The notes below the pieces were generated by a model, which was not told the DNA's origin, did not search any database, and saw nothing but the letters and a program-made list of their open reading frames with translations. From an uncultured delta proteobacterium (GTDB taxonomy: Bacteria; Desulfobacterota; Desulfuromonadia; Desulfuromonadales; JACZKF01), in assembly GCA_963816395.1 (NCBI GenBank), contig CAWFKQ010000004.1:1-64000 (forward strand): a DNA stretch of 64,000 bases, read 5' to 3'. Below, in pieces: positions 23,344-33,322 of the stretch. How positions within the stretch are numbered: position 1 is the stretch's first letter; each line of letters starts with the position of its first letter. The translations under genes and the position numbers were made by a program.

Positions 23344-24240
23344 ATGGCCCGTTTTCTTTTGAACAGTCTTATCCTCTCCCTGCTCCTGCTGACCGGCTGC
23401 GATTCAGGCTGGGGGCCGCCGCGGGATGTCAGTCGATTTGAAAATGCGATTATCGCGGACAAGGGGCGGCTGGGGGTCTTCACCTACAAGCGCCGGATCT
23501 ACCGGCCGGCGGCCGGCTGGCGGGCCTTTCCGGACGGCGGGCCGACGAAGGACCTGCTGAACGAGAACGGGATTGCCACCTATAATCCGGCCACTGGGGA
23601 AGTGCAGGTTCTGTGGCGGCAGGATGTTCTGCAAAGCCGCTGGCTGCCGGCGGCGAGCTGTTCGGTAACTGCTGTCGCCGGAACCCGGGCCCTGGCTGTT
23701 TGCAGCGGGCAGCGTCGCAGCGACTACAAGCAAGATGCTGAACGATTCTGGCTTAACCTGGACAATGGCGTGACCGAGCCTCTGCCGCTGGATGATGAGC
23801 TCGCCGTGCGCCATCGCCAGGAAGGGGAACTCTATCTTCTCGACCCGGCGGGAACTCTGGCTCTCGTTCTTCCTCTGCCCGACCATCCGGATGCGACCAG
23901 AAAGATCGAGCCGGTACGCGAACTGCTCCTTCGCCTCCCCTCGGGGGAGTACCTGCGCGTCGGCGAAGTCATTCATTATTATGGGTTTCGCAACGGCGAG
24001 GTCCATTTCTGGAGCGCCGACCACCGCCACATGGTCTATAGCTTGGCCACCCGAAAACTCCGTCTCGGCACCTATAAGGAGTATCTGGCTCTGAGCGATG
24101 CGAGAATGGCCGGCCCTGACGCCGCCTTTTCGATTAGTTATTTGACAGGGACTTGGCGGCTGCAGTGGGGCCGCAAGGCGGATGGGAAGTGGAGGTATGA
24201 GACCTTGCCGCTGACGGTGGAAGAGGTGGCGGGAAAATAG
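23344..24240 (+). CDS. Hypothetical lipoprotein
   Basis: Lipobox LTGC; 298 aa, beta-rich. Confidence 0.7.
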   Translation: MARFLLNSLILSLLLLTGCDSGWGPPRDVSRFENAIIADKGRLGVFTYKRRIYRPAAGWRAFPDGGPTKDLLNENGIATYNPATGEVQVLWRQDVLQSRWLPAASCSVTAVAGTRALAVCSGQRRSDYKQDAERFWLNLDNGVTEPLPLDDELAVRHRQEGELYLLDPAGTLALVLPLPDHPDATRKIEPVRELLLRLPSGEYLRVGEVIHYYGFRNGEVHFWSADHRHMVYSLATRKLRLGTYKEYLALSDARMAGPDAAFSISYLTGTWRLQWGRKADGKWRYETLPLTVEEVAGK

Positions 24241-24265
24241 AGGGGATCTCCGGGGGTATTTGGGA

Positions 24266-24291
24266 AAAGGGCGGCTCATCGGCCGCCCTTT
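24266..24291. terminator. Terminator hairpin between convergent genes
   Basis: AAAGGGCGGC-6 nt-GCCGCCCTTT. Confidence 0.6.
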
Positions 24292-24367
24292 GCTGTTTTT
24301 TCTCCAAGGCATTAAAGGCAGTTTCCCCCTGCACCTGCCAAGAAAGCCAGGCCGCGAAGCTCTGCGC

Positions 24368-24958
24368 CTATAGAATCATCATTTCTTTCCTGGCATAGAT
24401 CACCGCAATTATGGTTGCAGGATCATCGCCATGACAGGAAACCGCATGCGGCAGACTTGAGTCGTAATAGATGGAATCACCCGGGTTGAGGACATCCGTA
24501 TGGCCGGAGAGGCTCACGTCGACCTGGCCCTCCAGTACAAAAAGGAACTCTTCCCCGATATGGTGATTGGGCTCCACCTGCGGCGTTTCGGTGGGAGTCA
24601 GCGTCACCAGAAACGGCTCCATCCGCCGGTCTTGCTTCCGGTGGCCGAGGGATTCATAACTGTACCCGCCGGACGTGCCGCCGGTGGACCCGAAGCGGGA
24701 TACAGCTTTTCTGTCCCCGCCTCTGATGATGCAAAAAGGCGAGTCGGCGCTGTCCCCGAATAATTCTCCTACTGTAACCTTGAAAAGATCAGCCAGGCTG
24801 ATGATGTGGCCCAAAGGGGGGGAGATCGTGTGCTCCTCGATACCGGCAATGACGGATGCCGGGATCCCGGTCTTTTGGGAAACGTCATCTATTGACATCC
24901 CTTTCTTGCTCCTCAGGCTCTTGACCTTGGCCCCAACCCTGATCTTTGGATCCGGCAT
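24368..24958 (-). CDS. XRE-family HTH plus cupin transcriptional regulator
   Basis: N-terminal HTH; MEPFLVTL, H.GEEFLFVLEG, GDSIYYDS..PH. Confidence 0.92.
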   Translation of the reverse strand: MPDPKIRVGAKVKSLRSKKGMSIDDVSQKTGIPASVIAGIEEHTISPPLGHIISLADLFKVTVGELFGDSADSPFCIIRGGDRKAVSRFGSTGGTSGGYSYESLGHRKQDRRMEPFLVTLTPTETPQVEPNHHIGEEFLFVLEGQVDVSLSGHTDVLNPGDSIYYDSSLPHAVSCHGDDPATIIAVIYARKEMMIL

Positions 24959-25030
24959 CGTTGGTCTCCTTTCAGGAAATCATAGACTGCATGGTGACGG
25001 TTTCTGAATCTATGAATTTTATAGCTCCCC

Positions 25031-25441
25031 TCAGAAACTGGCGAAGATACGGGCCGTGGATCGTCCGGGAGCGGCAATATCGAGATCGAGGAAGTATCCG
25101 AAGGGCGTTTGGCAGGTCTCGTAACCGGCCGCCTGCAGGCGGGCCTCGGCGTGTTCGAGAAGATCCCTGGTGAACTCCGGCTGCGCCTTGGTCTCGGCCA
25201 GGTGCGAGAAGGAGTGGAGGACGATGCGCACGGTCTCGTTCTTGCGCGCTCCCCATTTGAGGTTCTTCACCAGCTTGGTCTCCACTTTCCCGGCCTCCGC
25301 CTCGTCCTGTGCCTCGGCATGAATCAGCCCCACCAGCACCCCCTCCAGGCTCCGTTCCTCGCTCACCTCCTCGGCTGTCTCCAGCCCCTTCTCGGCGGTG
25401 CGCCAGGCAAAGCGTTCGGTGTAGAGCATAAGGAGTTTCAT
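25031..25441 (-). CDS. Stand-alone archaeal-type threonyl-tRNA synthetase editing domain
   Basis: MKLLM, HAE..DE, IVLHSFSHL, TPFGY motifs. Confidence 0.8.
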   Translation of the reverse strand: MKLLMLYTERFAWRTAEKGLETAEEVSEERSLEGVLVGLIHAEAQDEAEAGKVETKLVKNLKWGARKNETVRIVLHSFSHLAETKAQPEFTRDLLEHAEARLQAAGYETCQTPFGYFLDLDIAAPGRSTARIFASF

Positions 25442-25617
25442 ATCGGTATGAGGTCACCCGGGCAAGGTTTTTCGCAATCATACTCTTGATCCGCCTCAGT
25501 TCCAAGCGGCTTGGGCGACGGGTGAGATGGATTTAAATAAAATTTTTCGAGCTGCTTGTCCCCTGCCTCAGGAGTGTTAAAGGTATGTCAGAAACATTTT
25601 TCATTCTGGAGGCGACG

Positions 25618-26748
25618 ATGAGAGGAAACATCCGAGGGTTGCTCCATCTGCTGCTCCTGGCTCTGCTCCCGCTGAATCCGTGGGGGGGAGGCGTGACCCC
25701 CGTCCAGGCGGCAGATACCGACCAGTTGCCGAAGGAGATAGGCCTTCTGCCGGCCGTTCCAGTCCCGGCGGATAATCCGATGTCTGCTGAAAAAGTCGAA
25801 TTGGGTAAATTTTTGTTTTTCGATCCGCGCCTTTCGGGTGATGGCAGCCTTGGCTGCGTGAACTGCCATCTCCCGGATCAGGGTTGGACGACCCATACCC
25901 GGCTTTCCCCAGCCTACCCCAGCAACAGCGAGCGGCGAAATTCCCCGACCCTCATCAACGTTGCCTACGACCAGACGCTGATATGGGACGGGCGGGCGCC
26001 GAACCTGGAAAAACAGGCGCTGGGGCCGGTCAAGAACCCCCTGCACATGAATCAGAATATCGATTTTCTCATTCAGGAACTGGAAGTCATTCCAGGTTAC
26101 AGGAACCGGTTTCAGAAAGTCTTCGGCACTGGAGTGACCCCCGACGGGATCAGCAAGGCCCTGGCGGCCTTCCAACGGACTCTGGTCACCGCCGATTCCC
26201 CCTTTGACCGGTATATGAAGGGGGAGAAGGGGGCGATGAGCGAATCCGCAAAAAGGGGGATGGACATTTACCGGGGGAAAGCCCGTTGCACGCTCTGCCA
26301 CGCCGGCCCCAACTTCAGCGACCAGAAATTTCATAATCTCGGCGACCCCGATCCGGACTACATGAGAGATCCCAAGGTGCTGGTGGCCATCCGTTTCGAT
26401 GCCCAGCGCATGGGCATCAAGGATTATCAGAGCCTTGACAAGGATCCTGGCCGCTATCTGGTCACAAAAAATCCCGCTGATCGCGGGGCCTTCAAGACCC
26501 CGACGGTGAGGAATGCTACCGAAACCGCCCCCTACATGCACAACGGAGCACTGGAAACCCTGGCGGAGGTGATCGATTTCTATGACCGGGGAGGAGGAGA
26601 TGATCCGAATAAATCCAAGCTTATCAAGCCGCTGGGACTGACGCAGGAGGAGAAAGCCGACCTGCTTGAGTTTATCAAAGCCCTGACCGGGAAAGTGCCC
26701 GAGGTCGCCAAACCGGATCTGCAAGGGTTGACTGAAAGTGGACCGTAG
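25618..26748 (+). CDS. Di-heme cytochrome c peroxidase (CCP/MauG family)
   Basis: LGKFLFFDPRLS, CVNCH, RNSPT, WDGRA, CTLCH, FKTPTVRN, PYMHNG. Confidence 0.92.
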   Translation: MRGNIRGLLHLLLLALLPLNPWGGGVTPVQAADTDQLPKEIGLLPAVPVPADNPMSAEKVELGKFLFFDPRLSGDGSLGCVNCHLPDQGWTTHTRLSPAYPSNSERRNSPTLINVAYDQTLIWDGRAPNLEKQALGPVKNPLHMNQNIDFLIQELEVIPGYRNRFQKVFGTGVTPDGISKALAAFQRTLVTADSPFDRYMKGEKGAMSESAKRGMDIYRGKARCTLCHAGPNFSDQKFHNLGDPDPDYMRDPKVLVAIRFDAQRMGIKDYQSLDKDPGRYLVTKNPADRGAFKTPTVRNATETAPYMHNGALETLAEVIDFYDRGGGDDPNKSKLIKPLGLTQEEKADLLEFIKALTGKVPEVAKPDLQGLTESGP

Positions 26749-26837
26749 CTCGGGAGATCACAGCTGCAGAAAACAGACCGCGAGAAAGGGCAGGGCGATG
26801 CCGAACATCCTCCTGCCCGCTGCAACCAGCAACTCCC

Positions 26838-27269
26838 TCAATTGCCCGTTTTTTGAGGAGGGGTGAATTTCTCCAGAACAAGAAAGTTCGCCAGATCCCT
26901 GTCGGATTTCAGGATGTGCCGAACAAGCCAACTGAACAGTGCCATCTGCGTGTCGATGACCAAGGAGGCGGTTGGCCCGGATGCATGCAGGTGGTCTTCG
27001 AGCATCTTCATCTTTTCGGTGAAATAAACATGCTCCGCTTTGTGCTCCCGGTAAGCGGGGTATTGATACTTCACCTGCAGTGTCTCTTCGAGGGCCAAGT
27101 GCGACTGCACGTAGTCGGCGAGGAAGAGATAAAGACCGCGTAGTTCTGTCAGCGCCTTCCCGGCCGTACAGGCCGTCCGAAGGCAATCGAACCGCCTGAA
27201 CAGTTCTTTGTGCTGCTCGTCAATATCCGGATACCCCGTCTCGAGGCTCTCATCCCAATCCATGTGCAT
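26838..27269 (-). CDS. Bacteriohemerythrin
   Basis: W...LETG...IDEQH, H...EE, YP....HK.EH, WL..HI...D. Confidence 0.92.
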   Translation of the reverse strand: MHMDWDESLETGYPDIDEQHKELFRRFDCLRTACTAGKALTELRGLYLFLADYVQSHLALEETLQVKYQYPAYREHKAEHVYFTEKMKMLEDHLHASGPTASLVIDTQMALFSWLVRHILKSDRDLANFLVLEKFTPPQKTGN

Positions 27270-27305
27270 GATTTCCCTCCTTGCGGCAAAGGTTCATTCG
27301 CCCGA

Positions 27306-27779
27306 TTACGTTCGCACTGCCCCCGCGCCTTTCTGCTTGGCGAGGCAGTCTCTCAGCATCTCCACATGGTTACGGTCGCTGGCCATCATGGCTCGATATA
27401 GGTTTTCCAGCGATCTGTCCTGGAACACCACCATCTTATCCATGTGGAATTGAATAATCTGTTCCTCCAGCTGAATGGCTAGCCTGAGGGCCTGGACGGC
27501 ATTCGGAGGTTCTTTCTGAAGACTGTCGAGAAGGGTGGTGAGCTTCGCCAGAACCTGGTCGGCCAGGTTCTTGTCGATCGTCGCCCTGAGGTCGTCGGTT
27601 TCGGTGCGGGCCGCCAGTTGGAATTGATACTTGTGGTTGTCCTCCTCCCCGGCAGTCTTTTCCCAGAGGGAGGCGAACTGAGCATCCTCCTTGAAAAGAG
27701 CGCCGAAAAATCGGTAGAGCTCGGCCACCTTCCCCTCGATTAAGGCGGAGGTTCGCAGGAGGTCTTTTATATTGTCCAT
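27306..27779 (-). CDS. Ferritin-like/rubrerythrin-family di-iron protein
   Basis: IE.....LY, EEDNH, AIQLE, DRNH motifs. Confidence 0.75.
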   Translation of the reverse strand: MDNIKDLLRTSALIEGKVAELYRFFGALFKEDAQFASLWEKTAGEEDNHKYQFQLAARTETDDLRATIDKNLADQVLAKLTTLLDSLQKEPPNAVQALRLAIQLEEQIIQFHMDKMVVFQDRSLENLYRAMMASDRNHVEMLRDCLAKQKGAGAVRT

Positions 27780-27860
27780 TTCAAGTTCCTGACCATCGTC
27801 AGAAGTGACCGGGATAATACGCCAACAGGGATTAATTCAACCATAAAATACCCCGCCCGA

Positions 27861-29184
27861 GATAAAGCAACATCTATTCTGTAAATTCGGCTCCCCTCTT
27901 CGGGGGGTGTTTTCTTGATCGTTAAAATGTCAAATAGGCTCGACCCGTTTCCCACTCCTCCGAGATCTCCATCAGCACAGCGCTGACCAGTCTCAAACAG
28001 GAGTTTTCATTGGGGAATATGGTTGCGACTCGGGTCCGCCGTCGAATCTCCTTGTTGACTCGTTCCAGAACATTGCTGGTCCGAATTCGCCGCCAATGAT
28101 CTGCGGGAAACTGAAGGACCGTGAGGCCTTCCTGGATATTTTGTTCTGCCCATGCCACCAGGCGGGGAGCGGACTTTTCATAACGCTCCAGAAGTTGATC
28201 CAGCAGCCTCTTGGCTTCGGTTTCGGTTGGCGCATTGAAAATGTTCCTGATTGCAGCGGCAACCTCTTTTCTCATCTCTTGCTTTGGCACGTAGGACTGG
28301 GCGTTCTGTTGGAGATGAAATTGGCACCGTTGCCACGGAACACTGGGGAAAACCGCCTTACGGGCAGCCTTGAGCCCCTCATGGGCGTCGCTGATAAACA
28401 GCCGGACTCCGTGCAACTTACGCTCTTGCAAGCTGCGCAGGAAATCGCGCCAGTGGGCCTCTTGCTCAGAGAGCGCAACAGAGGTCCCCAGAATTAGGCG
28501 TTGGCCGGTCTCGGATACGCCGATGGCAACCAAGACGGCCATATCGATGACGGAGCCGTTGACCCTGACCTTTTCATATCGGGCATCGAGGTAAACATAG
28601 GGATAGGCTCCCAGCGGTCGTTTACGCCATTGGTCGAGGACCTCGTCGAGCTCCTTTGCGGCACGACTCACCTGGGTGGACGTGACCTCGAAGCCGCAAA
28701 GCTGCTCGGTGATCTTGGCCACCTTGCGCGTCGAGACGCCTTGAACGTACATCTCGGCCAGCGCAACTTTGAGGGCACGCTCCGAGCGCAGGCCCTTCTC
28801 CAGACTGGAGGGGTAAAAGCTGCTATCCCGGACTTGAGGCACATCAAAATCGAGCGCTCCGACGCGAGTCTGGACGGTCTTGGGCTTATACCCATTGGCA
28901 TAGCCTCTGCGCTCTTCGCTGCGCTCGTAGGGGCCTACACCTAAATGGTTCTGCCGCTCCAGGCGCATGGCCTCGTTAATGATCCTGCGAATGGCCTCAC
29001 CAAGGCCATCGAAGCCATCATTAGCTAACAGTTCCACAACATCCTGAATTGCGCTATAATCCTCTTGACTGGTCACGGTTTCTCTCCTCTCTGGATGGGT
29101 TTGGCGATTCAACCAAAGAGGATAACCGTGGCCAGTATTTTTGTCAGGCCCTAATTGAATTTACAGAAACAATGATGCACTAAC
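27861..29184 (-). mobile_element. Complete IS256-family element
   Basis: 28-bp imperfect terminal inverted repeats ending TTCTGTAAATTC; 8-bp target duplication CCGCCCGA at 27853-27860 and 29185-29192. Confidence 0.92.
27922..29076 (-). CDS. IS256-family transposase
   Basis: MYVQGVSTRKV, YLDARYEKVR, ISDAHEGL, WQRCQFH, RTSNVLER.NKEIRRR. Confidence 0.95.
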   Translation of the reverse strand: MTSQEDYSAIQDVVELLANDGFDGLGEAIRRIINEAMRLERQNHLGVGPYERSEERRGYANGYKPKTVQTRVGALDFDVPQVRDSSFYPSSLEKGLRSERALKVALAEMYVQGVSTRKVAKITEQLCGFEVTSTQVSRAAKELDEVLDQWRKRPLGAYPYVYLDARYEKVRVNGSVIDMAVLVAIGVSETGQRLILGTSVALSEQEAHWRDFLRSLQERKLHGVRLFISDAHEGLKAARKAVFPSVPWQRCQFHLQQNAQSYVPKQEMRKEVAAAIRNIFNAPTETEAKRLLDQLLERYEKSAPRLVAWAEQNIQEGLTVLQFPADHWRRIRTSNVLERVNKEIRRRTRVATIFPNENSCLRLVSAVLMEISEEWETGRAYLTF

Positions 29185-29674
29185 CCGCCCGAAAAGGGGG
29201 GCAGGCATTATTTATCATTAAGAACCAGCGGCGCGGTTGCAACCAGGAGTGTTGCCGAAAACAATACGTGACTCGTATGCTAGAGCGAGGTTGGACCCAT
29301 CGAGCGCTCCCCACTGAGGTTCTTCACCAGCTTGCGATCATCAGGAGTTTCATGTTGGGCAGCAGAACCTCTCAGGATCACCGGGATCAAACGGGCCGGC
29401 CATTAGGGCGGAAGGGGGCGCTGCGTGAAGTGGAACGATCGGGGCGGGAGAGGGCAGGGCCGGGGCGGCATACGAGGAAACTCGCATCCGGATAGTTGCA
29501 GGCTAACTTAGAAAAGGATCCGCCATGAAACTTCGTCTGTGCCTTGCGGTGTTTGCCGCCCTTTTGCAGGCTTCGGCCGGCAAAAAGAAGGTAGGAAAAA
29601 ATATAACATTGTTTTAGCCAGAGCAAGGTTTTTTTCCGCTCGGGCTATCCCCTTGATTCCCCCGAAAGATTCCC

Positions 29675-29887
29675 CTACAGATCCTTGGGCAGGGTGCCGA
29701 TCGGTGTCACGTCCGCCGGCGCGCAATGCCCTCTGAGGATAAAATAACTTCTTCGCGCGCAGAGCAGGAAATCGGGTCCGTCGCAGTAACTTATGATCAC
29801 CGTCTGCCATATTTCGTCCAGCGACTTCGCGAAGCGGCAATAGAATCCGCATTCTTTCCTGAGGTCGCAGCCGATTTGAACAGTCAT
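29675..29887 (-). CDS. Small Cys-rich hypothetical protein
   Basis: RBS AGGGGGG; C.....C.FY, YC.G.....CAR, P....P.G. Confidence 0.6.
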   Translation of the reverse strand: MTVQIGCDLRKECGFYCRFAKSLDEIWQTVIISYCDGPDFLLCARRSYFILRGHCAPADVTPIGTLPKDL

Positions 29888-30012
29888 CGTTCCCCCCCTT
29901 TGTTCATCTTCCATTCCAGATTAGCAATAACTATTCCGCTTTCGGAGAGAAGAAGGGGACGAGGGGGCTTAACAATGCCCCTTCCTGGGAAGTGTCCTAT
30001 TTTACCGCCAGA

Positions 30013-30597
30013 TCAGGATTCCTTATGTTCAAGTGCTCGTTCGATGCGGCGGTCGGGGACCAGCCAGATCAGCGCGACCAGCACATAGATGCCGCCGGCG
30101 ATCGCCGGGTGGACAAAGGCCCCCGGGATGGCGACCGCATAGAGTACGGGGGAGGTTTTTCCCTTGAGGTCGCGGCCGATCGCTCGCGCCAGCAGCGAAC
30201 AGGGTCCCTGCCGGGAGATGATGACCCGCTGCAGGTTCCAGTAGGCCAGTGCCGCCAGCAGCAACACCACGCCGTAGAAGGCGGTCGGCACCGGCGCGAA
30301 ATTGTTCTCTCCCATCCACCCGGTCACGAACGGGATCAGCGATAGCCAGAAGAGCAGGTGCAGGTTAGCCCAGAGAATGGCGCCGCTCACCTTGGCGGTG
30401 ACGTGCAGCATGTGGTGGTGATTGTTCCAGTAGATACCGAGGTAGACGAAACTCAGGACATAACTCAGGAACACTGGCAGCAAAGGGCGGAGGGCGTCCA
30501 GGTCGGTGCCGTGCGGGACCTTCATCTCCAGCACCATGATGGTGATGATGATAGCCAGTACGCCGTCGCTGAAAGCTTCCAGACGCCCCTTGTTCAT
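30013..30597 (-). CDS. TMEM175-family potassium channel
   Basis: RLEAFSDGVLAIIITIMVLE, YWNNHH. Confidence 0.92.
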   Translation of the reverse strand: MNKGRLEAFSDGVLAIIITIMVLEMKVPHGTDLDALRPLLPVFLSYVLSFVYLGIYWNNHHHMLHVTAKVSGAILWANLHLLFWLSLIPFVTGWMGENNFAPVPTAFYGVVLLLAALAYWNLQRVIISRQGPCSLLARAIGRDLKGKTSPVLYAVAIPGAFVHPAIAGGIYVLVALIWLVPDRRIERALEHKES

Positions 30598-30690
30598 TCT
30601 GATCTTCTGGCAAGTGCCCACCGGGGGAGAATAGGTAAAGGATAGCAGGGAAGGGGTGGGGGTGCCAAGTTGGGGGGGAGGATGCGAAAG

Positions 30691-31150
30691 TTACGATGTT
30701 TCCCGGGCGCGAATTTCCTCCGGAGTCATGCCCAATCGAGATGCTAGCAACCGGCGCGGCCGCGGAGTTTTGCGAGCACTGCGCCGCCGAGGCAACCGCA
30801 GCCGAGGCTGGCGAAAGCGAATCCCCAGGCGATCACGCGTGCATTGCCTCCGGCCAGGTCGAGAACGGTGCCGAATACCAAGGGCCGCGACGAAACCGGC
30901 GCCGAAACCGAACAAGGAGTGCAGGGCCATTGCGGCGCCTTTGCGCTCCGGATCAGCCGTCAGGACCAGTCCGGCAGTGAGCGCCGCAGAATCGGCCATG
31001 ACTGTCAAGCACCGAAATAGATGCCGCTGACCAGGCCAGCCTGCGTGTTGCTCAATCCCCACACCCTTTGCAGCAGGGCAGCAGCACCGCATAAGTGGCA
31101 AAGCCAGTCATGCTGAGGACCTCCGCGCCGCACAGCAGCAGAACTGATTG
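30691..31150 (-). pseudogene. MFS transporter remnant
   Basis: VMADSAALTAG.V..ADPERKGAAMALHSL.GFGAGF; fragmentary. Confidence 0.6.
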
Positions 31151-31301
31151 CAAGGCGGAACGTCCGGGTTTCGCTCCAGGATCCATGGGGGATGTCCTGC
31201 GAGGAGGCGATAGTTCTACTTCAGGGAATGCGGGCTGAACGCGAATCCCAGAGAGGCAGAGAGGGAAGGGGGAAATTGGAGAGTCTGCCTAAATTTGTCC
31301 C

Positions 31302-31778
31302 CTATCTGCGCGTTACGTTCAACGTTGCTCGTCCGATATTCCCATGACCGTCATCGGCGGTAACGGTGATATGGTTCTCTCCAGGTTCGAGGCGGATCAT
31401 CCCGTACGTGATCCGCCACGCGTTTACGGCGGACACCCGATTCTGTCCGAACTCGGTTTCTCCTCCCTGCCCATTGGCGTCGTTGAACCAGGTAATCGTA
31501 TAGTCCAGCCCCGCGTCGGCTGATAATGCCGAAACGGCCGATGGCTCCGAGGTGAATGCCGTCCCCGCCATTTCCAGGGAGGACTCGGCCGTTTCAACCG
31601 GTTCGCCCGGGTGGGAGATGTAAATCCAGCCGCCCCCCTGGCTCGGCTCTCCCTTTTCACCTGGCCAGTTTACAGCGACGAAAACAGTGGTATCGTCGCC
31701 GCACCCGGTAAACAGCAAACCCACCCCCAGTGCCATTAGAAGGATACTGCCGAACCTCCTGAGGCCAGACGAGTTCAT
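31302..31778 (-). CDS. Hypothetical lipoprotein with Ig-like C-terminus
   Basis: Lipobox FTGC; L.PGENHITVTA.D..GN. Confidence 0.7.
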   Translation of the reverse strand: MNSSGLRRFGSILLMALGVGLLFTGCGDDTTVFVAVNWPGEKGEPSQGGGWIYISHPGEPVETAESSLEMAGTAFTSEPSAVSALSADAGLDYTITWFNDANGQGGETEFGQNRVSAVNAWRITYGMIRLEPGENHITVTADDGHGNIGRATLNVTRR

Positions 31779-31949
31779 CGCAGGAGCCTCTGATGTGCAG
31801 AAGGAAGGAGAAATAATGTGTTTAAATTCACCTTAGCAGGAAATTGTCCGCGGGCAAGAAACCGGGCCCAGCCTCGGACGCTGCACTCAGATAGAGCAAG
31901 AGGTCAGAACACCTCCGGTATTCTCGCCACCTCGGCAAAGGGGACATAC

Positions 31950-32155
31950 CCTCCTTGAACAGAGCGCCGAAAAAGCGGTAGAGCTCGGCCACCTTCCCCT
32001 CGATTTAAGGCGGAGGTTCGCAGGAGGTCTTTTATATTGTCCATCTCGAGTTCCTGATCATCGTCAGAGGCGACTGGGGAGATGTGCCAATAGGAATTAA
32101 TTTCAACCATAAAATACCCTGACCGAAAAGGGGAAGAGGCATGAATATCATTAAG
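31950..32155 (-). repeat. Diverged duplicate of the 5' end and promoter of the ferritin-like gene
   Basis: Matches 27686-27860 joined to 29193-29223; encodes MDNIKDLLRTSAL. Confidence 0.9.
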
Positions 32156-32245
32156 GAAAGAGGTGGGGGAGGCGGGTGAGTTGTTGACAATGCAGGTGAA
32201 AGGAAGAGAGGGTCGTTGAGGTGCGGATATGTGGGAAATGGCCTG

Positions 32246-33256
32246 TCAGAGGGTAAACTTGACCACCTCCGCGAGAAGAGGGGTTTTCCTGATCAGGATC
32301 TTGTCGGGAAAGAGTCTGTGGCCCACCCGCTCGATCTCGGCCAGACCCATGAATTCCGCAAAGCGCGTAAAGGTTCGATGTGAGTAACAGCTGCCGACGA
32401 ATTTTTCCGGCGTCGTGTAACTGATTTCGGGGACCTCCCCCAGCAGTGTAGGGAAGGCGCGCAGGTATTTTTCGATGTAGAAGGTATCCGGGAGCGGTTC
32501 GTTCCCATATTTGGCCAGCATGAACAGAGTGAAGGCGAAGGAGGTTTGGATGAAGGGCAGATCGGGATACCGGTCCAGATATCCCCATTCGAATTCCCGG
32601 ACAAAAGCCTGGAACAGACAGGGGTACATCCCTGCCAGGCCACGCCTGGTCAGCAGATCGCGGTATTTCCGGCTGAGGATGAATTTCCCTTTGTATTTCC
32701 GAATCAGCCCCGCCATTTCCGCCACCAGGCGGGCAACGTGCAGGTCCCGAAAATCCGTCTCGCTGTTGATCCCGGCGAAACGTGTGACTTCCCGGTAGTA
32801 CTCCTCCCCGAAATAGGCCAGGGCAGCCTCGCGGCAGAAGTTCCGGGGAAGGTTCCCCTTGGCGGTCGGTTTCAGACCCGTTTCGCCGATGGCAGCGGCC
32901 AACAGAGAAAAAAGGCGGATGACGGGGGCATCCGGTTCCACTTCGAGCACATCCGGGAAGGTGAGCAGCCGGGGAGAGTCGAAGGGGAAGTAGAGAAGGC
33001 GGTGCATCTGCTCTGGCGACAGACCTTCGAGATCCCCCAGGGACGCACGATTGCGCTTGGCCATATGCCAGCCAACGAAAGCCTCTGCCTCTTTCTGCGA
33101 ACCGAAGGAGCGTCCCTGAAGCAGTCCCCGGATCTCGTCCATTGCCGCAGATCCTGCAACCGCCGGAACCGCCGGTTCGCTCTGCCCGAGACAGCACTTC
33201 TTGTATTTTTTCCCGCTGCCGCAGGGGCAGGGATCATTTCTTCCGACATCGTCCAC
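32246..33256 (-). CDS. SEC-C motif-containing protein
   Basis: [19 protein letters not shown] at the N-terminus; [14 protein letters not shown]. Confidence 0.85.
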   Translation of the reverse strand: MDDVGRNDPCPCGSGKKYKKCCLGQSEPAVPAVAGSAAMDEIRGLLQGRSFGSQKEAEAFVGWHMAKRNRASLGDLEGLSPEQMHRLLYFPFDSPRLLTFPDVLEVEPDAPVIRLFSLLAAAIGETGLKPTAKGNLPRNFCREAALAYFGEEYYREVTRFAGINSETDFRDLHVARLVAEMAGLIRKYKGKFILSRKYRDLLTRRGLAGMYPCLFQAFVREFEWGYLDRYPDLPFIQTSFAFTLFMLAKYGNEPLPDTFYIEKYLRAFPTLLGEVPEISYTTPEKFVGSCYSHRTFTRFAEFMGLAEIERVGHRLFPDKILIRKTPLLAEVVKFTL

Positions 33257-33322
33257 GATCGACTCCTTCGGCTGGGGGGTGCATCAACTCATTTGGACAA
33301 AGAAGGGACATTTTTAAAACGT

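Noticed and set aside
29490..29580. Possible cyclic di-nucleotide (GEMM-I) riboswitch on the minus strand (GGCAAAC...GCAA...GACGAAG)
   Set aside because: Stems and the GACGCAAAG/CUAA elements do not fit convincingly by eye; needs a cmsearch run
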